Below are positions 11,795 through 20,790 of a stretch of 64,000 nucleotides of DNA, one piece after another. The translations under genes and the position numbers were made by a program. The notes beneath the pieces are model-generated. The model did not search any database and was not told the DNA's origin. It saw only the letters and a list, made by a program, of their open reading frames with translations. Position 1 is the first letter of the stretch. Each line of letters opens with the position of its first letter. Where the stretch lies: assembly GCA_016699385.1 (NCBI GenBank), contig CP064974.1:806791-870790 (forward strand). Reading direction: 5' to 3'. Source of the stretch: Candidatus Moraniibacteriota bacterium. GTDB lineage: Bacteria; Patescibacteriota; Minisyncoccia; Moranbacterales; UBA1568.

Positions 11795-12418
11795 CTAACT
11801 TGCGGAGAGACCGGCAGGCTCGCCGTCGTCCCAGTCCCTGTCAAGGTTGTACCAACTCACATACGGACGGTCGACATGGCAAGCGAGATACGGGACGACA
11901 CGATTGCCATACTCGTCCAGTACGACCGATTTCCATGCATACACCCAATTCCCCTTCCATTCGAGAGGAATACGATGCTTATTTTTCTCGTAATACTGGA
12001 TATCCGCCAAGCTGATACCGTGATTGATTGGATCATGCCACTGCGCTTGGTACATCTCTTGATCTGGCAACAGAAAAGCAAAAATTTCAGCGCCGGTAAT
12101 AGTCTTCCGTTTTTTCTGTTTCTCGTGCAATCCAAGTCCGGGATTCCTCACCCCACTTGAACTTTTTGCTTCGAGTCCCGGTGTGAGATGCTTCACTACC
12201 CAATCTGGATACGTCGGATAGACCTCCGATGTTTCCAGTGGCGATTCACAGAGATTGGTTACCATTTCCTTGAGATACCGCTCGCCCTCGGAAGTTCCGA
12301 GAACATGCAGCCTCTCCTCGGAGACACCCATCTCTTCCGCTAACCGGACAATTTCAGCAACCATATGCATCACAAGACGCATACCTGAAACCAGCTGTGA
12401 CTTTTTGCTCATTTTCAA
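11795..12418 (-). CDS. hypothetical protein (no recognisable domain), bracketed by ychF and its duplicated 3' fragment
   Basis: 207-aa ORF with reasonable codon usage and no overlap with other genes. Trp/Tyr-rich C-terminal half and no TM segments. Confidence 0.55.
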   Translation of the reverse strand: MKMSKKSQLVSGMRLVMHMVAEIVRLAEEMGVSEERLHVLGTSEGERYLKEMVTNLCESPLETSEVYPTYPDWVVKHLTPGLEAKSSSGVRNPGLGLHEKQKKRKTITGAEIFAFLLPDQEMYQAQWHDPINHGISLADIQYYEKNKHRIPLEWKGNWVYAWKSVVLDEYGNRVVPYLACHVDRPYVSWYNLDRDWDDGEPAGLSAS

Positions 12419-12650
12419 CCCCTCCGAGATACGCTTCTCATGGGGTCATTTCACAACAACCCCATCCCAAACGCATCTCAATCGTGCTTGCCAGTGGACT
12501 TCCTGACGTATTCAGGATTGTCATAGCGCGGAAACACCAAGGTGTCCCCCTCGAACTTAGAAACTCCGCGCTACGATAAACCCTCTCCCGAGTCATTTTT
12601 TCAAAGAACTGACCACGAACAGTACACCATCTCTCATATCTTGTCAAGCC

Positions 12651-13700
12651 TCACACCTTGAAAACCATCACATCGCCGTCTTGGACAATATACTCCTTTC
12701 CCTCGAGACGCAAGGTACCCGCTTCGCGTGCGGCGCTCCAGGATCCGGCAGTGAGGAGTGTCTCCCAGCCAATCACTTCGGCGCGGATAAAACGGTCTTT
12801 GAAATCCGTGTGAATCGCTGCGCCTGCGAGAGGCGCCGTCGAACCCTGAGCAACCGTCCACCCGCGCGTCTCCGTCTCGCCTGTTGTAAAAAATGTCATC
12901 AGTCCGAGAAGCGAATATGTCTCACGGATAAGCTCGCCAATCTTTGACGAAAGCCCGAGCTCTGCCTGTTCGTCCGCACTCATAGAAAAGAGTTCTTCTT
13001 CTATCTTCACGTCAAGTCGCACATGCGGACGCGCCGCAAGCTCCGGCGGAAGCGCTGCTTCCGGATCAGACATGTTATAAACAAAAAGAAACGGTTTCGC
13101 CGTAAGGAGTTGCAATTCGCGAAACACCCGCCTCGAATCTTCACTCTCAGCGACGCCCGCATCACGCGCGAGTTTCCCCGACTGAAGAGCTGCTTCAATC
13201 TGCTCAAGCATCGGCATCTCGGCAAGCGCCTCCTTCTTCCCTGCACGAGCATCTTTCACTGTCTTGAGTTTCCGTTTCTCAATCGTTTCCAAGTCCGCCA
13301 AGATAAGCTCCGTATGAATGATGTCGATATCCTCCAATGGTGCGACGCGATCGTGCACATGAATAATATCGGGGTTTTCAAAAAGCCGAACCACTTCGAT
13401 AATCGCATCCGCTTCGCGAATATTCGCAAGAAATTTATTGCCAAGTCCTTCCCCCTTCGACGCGCCCGCAACGAGCCCTGCAATATCGACAAATTCCACT
13501 ACTGGCGGAATCGTCTTCGCTGACTTCGACAGTGCCGAGAGTTTGCCAAGTCGCGCGTCCGGCACCGGCACAATTCCCACATTGGGCTCGATGGTACAAA
13601 AAGGGTAGTTGTTGATATCGACTGCTTTCCCAGAAAGCGCCTTAAACAACGTAGACTTCCCCACATTTGGCAACCCAACAATACCAGCTTTGAGAGACAT
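12651..13700 (-). CDS. ychF: ribosome-binding ATPase YchF (Obg-family P-loop NTPase with C-terminal TGS domain)
   Basis: MSLKAGIVGLPNVGKSTLFKALS (G1), NYPFCTIEPNVG (G2), DIAGLVAGASKGEGLGN (G3), and the TGS C-terminus. The ORF opens at 13742, but the conserved start is ATG 13700. Confidence 0.95.
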   Translation of the reverse strand: MSLKAGIVGLPNVGKSTLFKALSGKAVDINNYPFCTIEPNVGIVPVPDARLGKLSALSKSAKTIPPVVEFVDIAGLVAGASKGEGLGNKFLANIREADAIIEVVRLFENPDIIHVHDRVAPLEDIDIIHTELILADLETIEKRKLKTVKDARAGKKEALAEMPMLEQIEAALQSGKLARDAGVAESEDSRRVFRELQLLTAKPFLFVYNMSDPEAALPPELAARPHVRLDVKIEEELFSMSADEQAELGLSSKIGELIRETYSLLGLMTFFTTGETETRGWTVAQGSTAPLAGAAIHTDFKDRFIRAEVIGWETLLTAGSWSAAREAGTLRLEGKEYIVQDGDVMVFKV

Positions 13701-13775
13701 AGGCGTAGCGACAAATATCAAACGAAAGAAAAGGGATTCCACTCGCTAAATGCTAGCGGAATCCCAAAAAAATGT

Positions 13776-14243
13776 CTACAAAACTCGCTGAATCTTGATG
13801 CCATATACACCTCCAATGAACTGGGGCGACAGATAACCAAAATCGAGCATCACTTGAATCAGACCGGGAAATATCGGAACCTTTTTTCTTTTACATCGGA
13901 GAAGATTCCCTGGCGTCGCCCATTGGTATTCGCTATGCTCCGCCGGATTCAAGACAACATTCGGCAGAGTCGGCAGAGCAATTTCATAGGAAGCATATTC
14001 CCACAAACCATCAACGCCATAATCAAGGCGATGCGATCCAAGCGGGTGCAATATATTCAAATTCACCACTATACCAGTTTCCTCCCGAAGCTCTCGCCGT
14101 GCTGCTTCCTGGATACTTTCATCTGCGTCTACCTTTCCCCCAGGGAGACCCCAGTATCCACCTGCTACTCTCAAAAGAACAAGGATATCATCTTCATACC
14201 ACACGAACACGCCTACAGCTTTTCTATATACGCCGTCGTGCAT
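13776..14243 (-). CDS. NUDIX hydrolase
   Basis: Nudix box GLPGGKVDADESIQEAARRELREETGI. Confidence 0.85.
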   Translation of the reverse strand: MHDGVYRKAVGVFVWYEDDILVLLRVAGGYWGLPGGKVDADESIQEAARRELREETGIVVNLNILHPLGSHRLDYGVDGLWEYASYEIALPTLPNVVLNPAEHSEYQWATPGNLLRCKRKKVPIFPGLIQVMLDFGYLSPQFIGGVYGIKIQRVL

Positions 14244-14276
14244 TTTCTCTACTCCTCTTACTAAAGAACTGCATTG

Positions 14277-14807
14277 TTATTTCGACACGCGATACAAACA
14301 CCACGCCGAGAGAAATCGACTGTTCTCAATCTCGCCCTTTTTAATCATCGCTTCAATCTCTTCCTCCGTAAACCAAAAACTCTCGATCGCGCCTTCTTCT
14401 TCTGGATCGGGCGGAAGCGAAGCTTCTTCCAATTCTTCACCAAGGAAAACATACATCCGACCCTTCGACTTGCGATGATCATAGTAGTAATCCCCAAGTG
14501 CCGTGAGTCTCTCCGCTCGATATCCAGCCTCTTCCATGAGTTCGCGATTCGCTCCCACATCAACACTTTCATCTGCAAGGAGGAGTCCTCCCGGAAACTG
14601 ATAGAGATGCTCGTTTGCCGGATAAGAATATTCCTTCTGAACAAGGACACTCCCGTCAGGGCGACGACAAATCACCGTTGCGCCATCAACGATATGCTTT
14701 GAGTAAAGATATGTAAGCCGGACGCCGCTTGGGAGTTCGACTTCGTCTTCAATTAATGTCACCCGTGGATGATCGAACACTTCCCGAGATGAGAGTTTTT
14801 TCCACAT
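14277..14807 (-). CDS. NUDIX hydrolase (ADP-ribose pyrophosphatase-like)
   Basis: Nudix box GGLLLADESVDVGANRELMEEAGY. Second of two tandem Nudix genes. Confidence 0.85.
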   Translation of the reverse strand: MWKKLSSREVFDHPRVTLIEDEVELPSGVRLTYLYSKHIVDGATVICRRPDGSVLVQKEYSYPANEHLYQFPGGLLLADESVDVGANRELMEEAGYRAERLTALGDYYYDHRKSKGRMYVFLGEELEEASLPPDPEEEGAIESFWFTEEEIEAMIKKGEIENSRFLSAWCLYRVSK

Positions 14808-14890
14808 ATAGACCTATCTTGACGGCTCTTCCTCAAGCTGTCAATCTTAGAGAAACAGTCAGCTCATTTCTCATTCTTTATTTTCCCCCT

Positions 14891-16228
14891 ATGAATGCAA
14901 GCATCTTCAAAGCCTATGATATACGAGGCGTATACGGAAAAGATTTCGACGAGTCCGACGCCTATGCAATCGGTCGCGCAACCGTCGAAGTACTGAAGTT
15001 CAAAACCATCGCCCTCGGGCGTGATGCGCGAGTATCGAGCCCCGTGCTCTTTGAATCATTTGCAAGAGGTGCGAGAGAGAGTGGCGCAAATGTGATTGAT
15101 CTCGGACTCCTCACAACACCCATGGTGTATTTCGCTTCATGGAAACTCAACGTCGATGCTGCCGTTTCTATCACTGCCTCTCACAATCCACCGGAATACA
15201 ACGGACTGAAAATCGCCCAGAAGAACGCTCTCCCTGTCGGAGAGAAAAGCGGACTTTTCGATATTCGCGACCGCGTGATAGCGGGAACATTTGAAAATCG
15301 TGAAACAACAGGAACACTCTCGACACAAGATATAAAACCTGACTACTACAAACATTTCGCCTCATTTGCAAAACTTGGCGAGAAGAAATTCAAAGTTGTC
15401 ATCGACTGCGCCAACGCGATGGGTGCGCTCGAACTCCCCATTTTCAAAATGTTTCCGAAGAACATCGAGATCGTCACCATGTATGACGACCTCGAGCACC
15501 CCTTCTCAACACACGAAGCCAATCCCCTGAAAACCGAAACACTCAATGAACTCCGCACACGCGTCGTTTCAGAACACGCCGACCTCGGCATCGCCTTCGA
15601 CGGTGATGCCGATCGCGTTGGCTTCGTAGACGAAACAGGTGCCATTATTCCCATGGATCACATGACTGGCATTATTGCGCGAGAAGTGCTCAAGTCTCAT
15701 CCAGGCGCGACGATCCTCTACGACCTCCGCTCCTCGAGAGCTGTGAGAGAGGTGATTGAAGAAGTAGGTGGCATTGCCAAGGAATGCAAAGTCGGGCACG
15801 CCAACATCAAACAGCAGATGCGTGACGACACCGCAGTTTTCGCTGGCGAACTCTCCGGTCACTACTACTTCCTCGAAAACTCCTACGCCGAAGCCGGCTC
15901 ACTCGCAGCCCTCATGATCCTCTCCGTGATGAGTGAAACCGGGCAATCGGCGTCCAATCTCGAACGCGATTTGAAACGCTACTTTCACTCGGGAGAAATA
16001 AACAGCGAGGTCGAGAATAAAGACGAGATAATTAAAAAACTCGAGCAGACCTATTCCGATGGGAAAATCTCGCATCTCGACGGCGTCAAGATAGATTTCC
16101 CTAACTGGTGGCTCAATGTCCGCCCATCCAACACCGAGCCACTCCTGCGCCTCAACCTCGAAGCCGACACGGAAGCACTCATGATTGAGAAACGCGACGA
16201 GGTGCTGGGGATTATACGAAAGAAATAA
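14891..16228 (+). CDS. phosphomannomutase/phosphoglucomutase (alpha-D-phosphohexomutase family)
   Basis: MNASIFKAYDIRG start. Active-site TASHNP motif (SITASHNPPEYNGLK). Metal-binding DGDADR. The ORF opens at 14729 and overlaps the upstream Nudix gene, but the conserved start is ATG 14891. Confidence 0.9.
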   Translation: MNASIFKAYDIRGVYGKDFDESDAYAIGRATVEVLKFKTIALGRDARVSSPVLFESFARGARESGANVIDLGLLTTPMVYFASWKLNVDAAVSITASHNPPEYNGLKIAQKNALPVGEKSGLFDIRDRVIAGTFENRETTGTLSTQDIKPDYYKHFASFAKLGEKKFKVVIDCANAMGALELPIFKMFPKNIEIVTMYDDLEHPFSTHEANPLKTETLNELRTRVVSEHADLGIAFDGDADRVGFVDETGAIIPMDHMTGIIAREVLKSHPGATILYDLRSSRAVREVIEEVGGIAKECKVGHANIKQQMRDDTAVFAGELSGHYYFLENSYAEAGSLAALMILSVMSETGQSASNLERDLKRYFHSGEINSEVENKDEIIKKLEQTYSDGKISHLDGVKIDFPNWWLNVRPSNTEPLLRLNLEADTEALMIEKRDEVLGIIRKK

Positions 16229-16233
16229 TCTTC

Positions 16234-16650
16234 ATGTCTATGACATTTTCCCATCCGGCTATGAATCTACAGAAAAAGAAACCGATTATCTTCACAGCGC
16301 TCTCGAAAAAATACTTCTACATGAGAATGCTGATCGTGAAATATGTTTTGGAGAATGAAAGTGTACCAATCAATCCATTCATGTCATTCGACTACTATCT
16401 TGCAGATACCGTTGAGAGAAACATAATCCGAAACGCCAACAATAATCTCGTAGCACTCGCAGACGAACTCTGGGTATTCGGATCAATAAGTAACGGCGTC
16501 ATGGCAGAAATACGACAAGTTCAGAACATGAAAAAACCCATTCGTTTTTTCACCATAGAAAACGATCAAGATATTACAGAAATTTCAAGAGACAGGCTCG
16601 TTTTCGAAGACGGTATGGAAGCATTTAAAAAAGAGCTGAAGGATCTATGA
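16234..16650 (+). CDS. small Rossmann-like protein, nucleoside 2-deoxyribosyltransferase/DNPH1-like (NDT-like; possibly DUF4406), paralog of 17975..18373
   Basis: 138 aa. Motifs PIIFTALSK...DYYLADTVERN...LVALADELWVFGSISNGVMAEIRQVQNMKKPIRFF resemble NDT-family (YxAGPxF ... aDxvvA ... DsGTxfExG ... KP). Clear paralogy with the minus-strand gene at 17975..18373. Alternative start at 16261. Confidence 0.6.
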   Translation: MSMTFSHPAMNLQKKKPIIFTALSKKYFYMRMLIVKYVLENESVPINPFMSFDYYLADTVERNIIRNANNNLVALADELWVFGSISNGVMAEIRQVQNMKKPIRFFTIENDQDITEISRDRLVFEDGMEAFKKELKDL

Positions 16651-17616
16651 TTCAAAAAGTCCTCCTTGCTTCCCCACGCGGGTTTTGCGCTGGTGTCGCG
16701 CGCGCGGTGAAGACGGTCGAGGATACGCTCGATATTTTCGGGGCACCCGTCTATATCAAGCACGAAATCGTCCACAACAAAACAGTGGTCAAGAATCTCG
16801 AAGATCGCGGTGCAATTACCGTCGATAGCGCCGAATCGATACCAGAACACTCCGTAGTCGTCTTCTCCGCACATGGTTCTCCGCCCGAAGACTACGAAAT
16901 CGCACACGCAAAAAATTGCACCGTGATTGACGCGACATGCCCCCTCGTCAACAAGGTTCATCTCGAAATGCACCGCTTCTTGAAAGATGGTTTCTCTGTC
17001 ATCTATATCGGCCACAAGGGTCACCCCCGAAGGAATCGGTGTCACTGGTGAATCGCTTCACGCGTACCACAAAGTCGTCCCCATTATCGAAAATGTCACC
17101 GACATCAAGTTGCTCAATTTTAGAAAGGACGAAAAAATAGCATACCTCACGCAGACAACACTGAGCGTCACGGAGACGGAAGATATCATTCGCGCACTCA
17201 CAGAAAAATATCCAAACATCACAGCGCCGCCCGGAAAGGATATCTGCTACGCAACCACCAATCGACAATCCGCCGTTCGCGCACTCGCAAAAGTTTCCGA
17301 TATCGTGCTCATCGTCGGCTCGAAAAATTCGTCCAACTCCACCCGCCTCGCTGAAACCGCACGCGCCGAGAATATCCCCGCCTACCTCATAGACAGTGCA
17401 AATGACATTGATTCCACATGGCTCGAAGGTATCGCAACGATTGGCGTAAGCGCCGGCGCGAGCGCTCCTGAATCAAGGGTCCAGGAAATCGCCCGGTATT
17501 TCGAAAATTTCGGTGCAATCACTGAGGAATTTACGACTATACATGAAACTACTCGATTCGCAGAACCGCTAGAACTCACAGCAATCAAGAAAAGGCATCG
17601 TTCCGAAAAATTATGA
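16647..17616 (+). pseudogene. ispH: 4-hydroxy-3-methylbut-2-enyl diphosphate reductase IspH/LytB, interrupted by a +1 frameshift in a C5 run (17044-17048); pseudogene or sequencing error
   Basis: N-terminal ORF 16647..17051 (SPRGFCAGVARAVKTVE...YIGHKGHP) and C-terminal ORF 16987..17616 (EGIGVTGESLHAYHKVV...TTNRQSAV...GSKNSSNS). Conserved IspH reads GHKGHPEGIG, so a C4 rather than C5 run would restore a single ~322-aa protein. Confidence 0.75.
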
Positions 17617-17925
17617 AGGAAACCTGAAAGAAAAAAGTAATAATCCTAAAAATTGGAGGAATACCATCACACAAAAAAACAAAAAATACTCCCTATTCTT
17701 TCGAAGAAATAGGTCAAATTTTGATAGGAATGTCAATATTTACATTGCGCTATTTTTCCTCTACACTGGAATTGGATGGCCTTCAGAACAGAGGTTCGAC
17801 AAATTGAATCCCCCTTGGTTTCCAGGGAAAAAGAGCGATTTTTTTTCCGACAATATCATACTCTGGGATTCAGACGTTCCTCTCGCATTGAGGGCTTTTC
17901 CCTTTCCACAAACAATCTATCAAAA

Positions 17926-17947
17926 ACCGCTCCAAAGCGGTTTTTTC
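17926..17947. terminator. probable bidirectional terminator (AACCGCT/AGCGGTT stem plus T6)
   Basis: Short GC stem flanked by A5 upstream and T6 downstream, between ispH (+) and the NDT-like paralog (-). Confidence 0.45.
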
Positions 17948-17974
17948 TTTCTCAAGATTCATCGAGATAAATCT

Positions 17975-18373
17975 CTATTCCACACCGCTTTCATATTCCA
18001 CTTGTGTCTGAGAAATTTCCACAATGCGATGTGGTTTTTTGATAGCAAAGTAACGAATCGGTTTGCCAAGTGATTCGGCAACACAGATCTCCTTGGCAAC
18101 TCCTTCCGACACCGGACCAAAAATCCACAGCTCATTGGAACGTGCCACAAGCACATTATTCGCCTCGATCATAAATTTCCGGTCTACGGTGTCGAGAAGG
18201 AAATAGTCATAGAGAGTGAAGACGGTGAGTGGTATCCGCTTCGCCTCCAAAATATATCGCGTAATAAACATCCGATAGCAGAACGATCGCTTCGACATTG
18301 CTGCAAATACCACCGGAATATCCGCCCGAAATCGCGGCTTCATGCGCTTCTTTTGTTTTTCCATTACAACCAT
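17975..18373 (-). CDS. small NDT/DNPH1-like Rossmann protein, paralog of 16234..16650
   Basis: 132 aa. VVFAAMSK...LYDYFLLDTVDRK...VLVARSNELWIFGPVSEGVAKEICVAESLGKPIRYF aligns colinearly with 16234..16650. Confidence 0.6.
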   Translation of the reverse strand: MVVMEKQKKRMKPRFRADIPVVFAAMSKRSFCYRMFITRYILEAKRIPLTVFTLYDYFLLDTVDRKFMIEANNVLVARSNELWIFGPVSEGVAKEICVAESLGKPIRYFAIKKPHRIVEISQTQVEYESGVE

Positions 18374-18408
18374 AGTCTTCCTCTCGTATCAGGAAATTCA
18401 GTAGGAAA

Positions 18409-19407
18409 CTACCCCCGCACAAAACCAACTCTTTCTTTCACCTCGAACATTTTCCGACCGGCAACCTCACGTGCCTTCTCGGCGCCATCGCGAAGGATTC
18501 GAAGCGCATCCTCATCGGAAATCGCATGGAGCTTCTCTTGGAAATCCGCAAGAAAAAGAGCAACCACTTCAGCGAGATCTCGCTTGAAATCCGCATAGCC
18601 CTTCCCAACATATCGCGCCACCACCTCTTCGGTCGGGAGATTCCCAAGGAGCGAATAAATATTGATGAGATTTTTGAGCGCGGGCTTCTCCTCAGAATAA
18701 AGAATTTCTGCCCCCGAATCCGTCACTGCTTTCATGATTTTTTTCTTTGCCATGTCCGGTTCGTCATTTAGCGCAATATAATTATATTCCGAACTCGCTG
18801 ACTTCGACATCTTCTTTGCCGGATTGTCGAGTCCCATGATAAGCGCCCCTTCTTTGGAAAGTTTCCCCTGCGGAACGACAAAGGTTTTGCCAAATTGCTT
18901 ATTAAATCGATCCGCGAGATCTCGTGCAAGCTCCACATGCTGCATCTGATCTTTCCCTACTGGCACTGCCACCGTATCGTACAACAAAATATCTGCTGCC
19001 ATGAGAACCGGGTACGTAAAGAGTCCAACGCTCGATCCAGTCGACTCACCTTTTTGTGATTTATCTTTGTACTGCGTCATCCGTTCAAGTTCTCCCATAC
19101 GCGCAATTGTATTGAGAATCCATCCGAGTTCCGAGTGTTCTCGCACATGCGACTGGACAAAAAGCGTTGACTGCTTCGGGTCGATACCGGCAGCAAGATA
19201 AATCTTTGCTATCTCAAGTGTGCGCTTGCGGAGCTCTTTGGGATCCTGTGGCACGGTAATTGCGTGAAGGTCGACAACGCAAAAAATTGCATCATGCGTT
19301 TCTTGCAATTCGATCCACTGCTTGATTGCCCCCAAATAATTCCCAATATGCAAATTCCCCGACGGCTGAATGCCCGAGAAGATTCGTTGTTTGTCCATAA
19401 CTTCCAT
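18409..19407 (-). CDS. trpS: tryptophan--tRNA ligase
   Basis: Class I motifs: HIGN variant (PSGNLHIGNYLG) and KMSKS (KKMSKS). 332 aa. Confidence 0.95.
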   Translation of the reverse strand: MEVMDKQRIFSGIQPSGNLHIGNYLGAIKQWIELQETHDAIFCVVDLHAITVPQDPKELRKRTLEIAKIYLAAGIDPKQSTLFVQSHVREHSELGWILNTIARMGELERMTQYKDKSQKGESTGSSVGLFTYPVLMAADILLYDTVAVPVGKDQMQHVELARDLADRFNKQFGKTFVVPQGKLSKEGALIMGLDNPAKKMSKSASSEYNYIALNDEPDMAKKKIMKAVTDSGAEILYSEEKPALKNLINIYSLLGNLPTEEVVARYVGKGYADFKRDLAEVVALFLADFQEKLHAISDEDALRILRDGAEKAREVAGRKMFEVKERVGFVRG

Positions 19408-19476
19408 ACATTAAAAAGACGCTTTCAGCATACTGTCTCTGCAACAAATGAGCAAATGAGAGCACGTGAATTATTA

Positions 19477-20751
19477 TCACATTCCCCGATAATTCCGTAT
19501 CCATTTCTCAAAGCGAAACCACAGTGTCTCTTTCTCTCGTGGCAAAACAAAAGCCATCTGTGTTGCCTCGCCAGCAGCATTTTGTGAGAGAAAGTTCTGA
19601 GCACTCACAGAAAGCTGGGTCGATTTCCCATCAACAGCCGGTACACGGAGTTCGAAATACCCCTCACTATTCGTCTTCGTCGAAAAGTCCGCGCCCGCCG
19701 AAACACTCGCACCAACAATCGGAGCACCAAGCTCATCTCGGACAACGCCATAGAATACTCGCGGTGCAAAAAATTCAGCAAGTGTCGCAACTGCCGCGCG
19801 CGGAACACCCTTCTCACTCCAGAGCGCCGTCGAACTCCCTGTCTGCGTCCAGTAATTCATACCAAAAACCCGAGGAACACGCGTAAAACGAAGCATCACT
19901 TCCCGAAGCCACGCCGACTGCTCTTCATCCGTCATGTCTCCATTTATATCTGGAATCGGCGCACCAAACTCTCCCAAAAGAAGCTGTCCACCACTTCTCG
20001 AAATAAAGTCTTGCGCATCCGTTGCAAGAACCTCAGGAGTCTTCACATAGTGATCAACCGTCACCATACCGCCAAGTATTGCTGTTGTATCCTTGTCCAT
20101 GACGAGTCGAGCGATATCGCCATTCATGGAAAAAAGATTCGAAGAGATATTTTTTCCGAGCTTTTCAAAACTTGCTTGCGTCGCCGCATATTCATCAACG
20201 AGAAACTTCCGATATCCCTCGATATCACCATTCAATCGCGGGTCACCCGGACCGCCATTCTCACATTCGGGGCATGCAGAAAAAGCATCGCCATCTTGGA
20301 AGAGCTCGGGATGTCGACGAATAAACGCCTGCGTCTTCGAAATATGCTCTGCGCGAGATATTCCTTGGTATCCAAACCAGCCTTCCCATCCCGAGAAATT
20401 CCCACGAAACCACACGCCGAGATGATACTTCCGCGCCGCGAGAACCCATCGTTTGAGGTATGGAACAAATTCCTCATCATAGGGCGTCGCAATCGCTACA
20501 TGCGTCGCGCCAACCTCAGCAATATCGCGCACCTCTCGGTCGATAACCATATCATAGGAACCATCATGAAGCTTCTCTCGCGCCAAATCTCGCGAGTGCT
20601 TCATAGTGTCAACTGACTGAAATGTCCACCATCTTGCCTCCGGCTTTGGATAGATTGTCACCACAGGTTCACTCGACGCAAAGAAAGCGAGTGCGAAAAA
20701 TCCCGCCACAATCAGAAAGAGAAGAAGAAAGAGAAGAAAGAGTCGCTTCAT
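19477..20751 (-). CDS. membrane-anchored/secreted putative glycoside hydrolase (clan GH-A-like TIM barrel) with a C-terminal CarboxypepD_reg-like beta-sandwich
   Basis: N-terminal hydrophobic anchor (LFLLFLLLFLIVAGFFALAFFA). Central region with a GEFG nucleophile-like motif. C-terminal TNSEGYFEL-type fold. Family assignment is tentative. Confidence 0.5.
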   Translation of the reverse strand: MKRLFLLFLLLFLIVAGFFALAFFASSEPVVTIYPKPEARWWTFQSVDTMKHSRDLAREKLHDGSYDMVIDREVRDIAEVGATHVAIATPYDEEFVPYLKRWVLAARKYHLGVWFRGNFSGWEGWFGYQGISRAEHISKTQAFIRRHPELFQDGDAFSACPECENGGPGDPRLNGDIEGYRKFLVDEYAATQASFEKLGKNISSNLFSMNGDIARLVMDKDTTAILGGMVTVDHYVKTPEVLATDAQDFISRSGGQLLLGEFGAPIPDINGDMTDEEQSAWLREVMLRFTRVPRVFGMNYWTQTGSSTALWSEKGVPRAAVATLAEFFAPRVFYGVVRDELGAPIVGASVSAGADFSTKTNSEGYFELRVPAVDGKSTQLSVSAQNFLSQNAAGEATQMAFVLPREKETLWFRFEKWIRNYRGM

Positions 20752-20790
20752 GTACTCACCATACCATGATGCCGGAGAAGAAAGAAAGCG

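Noticed and set aside
17776-18073. Short ORFs (64 and 89 aa) and a tRNA-like GGTTCGAC T-arm motif in the ispH-downstream spacer
   Set aside because: No complete cloverleaf can be built: no acceptor or anticodon arms, and the T-loop is interrupted. The ORFs are low complexity and one runs into the antisense of the NDT-like gene.
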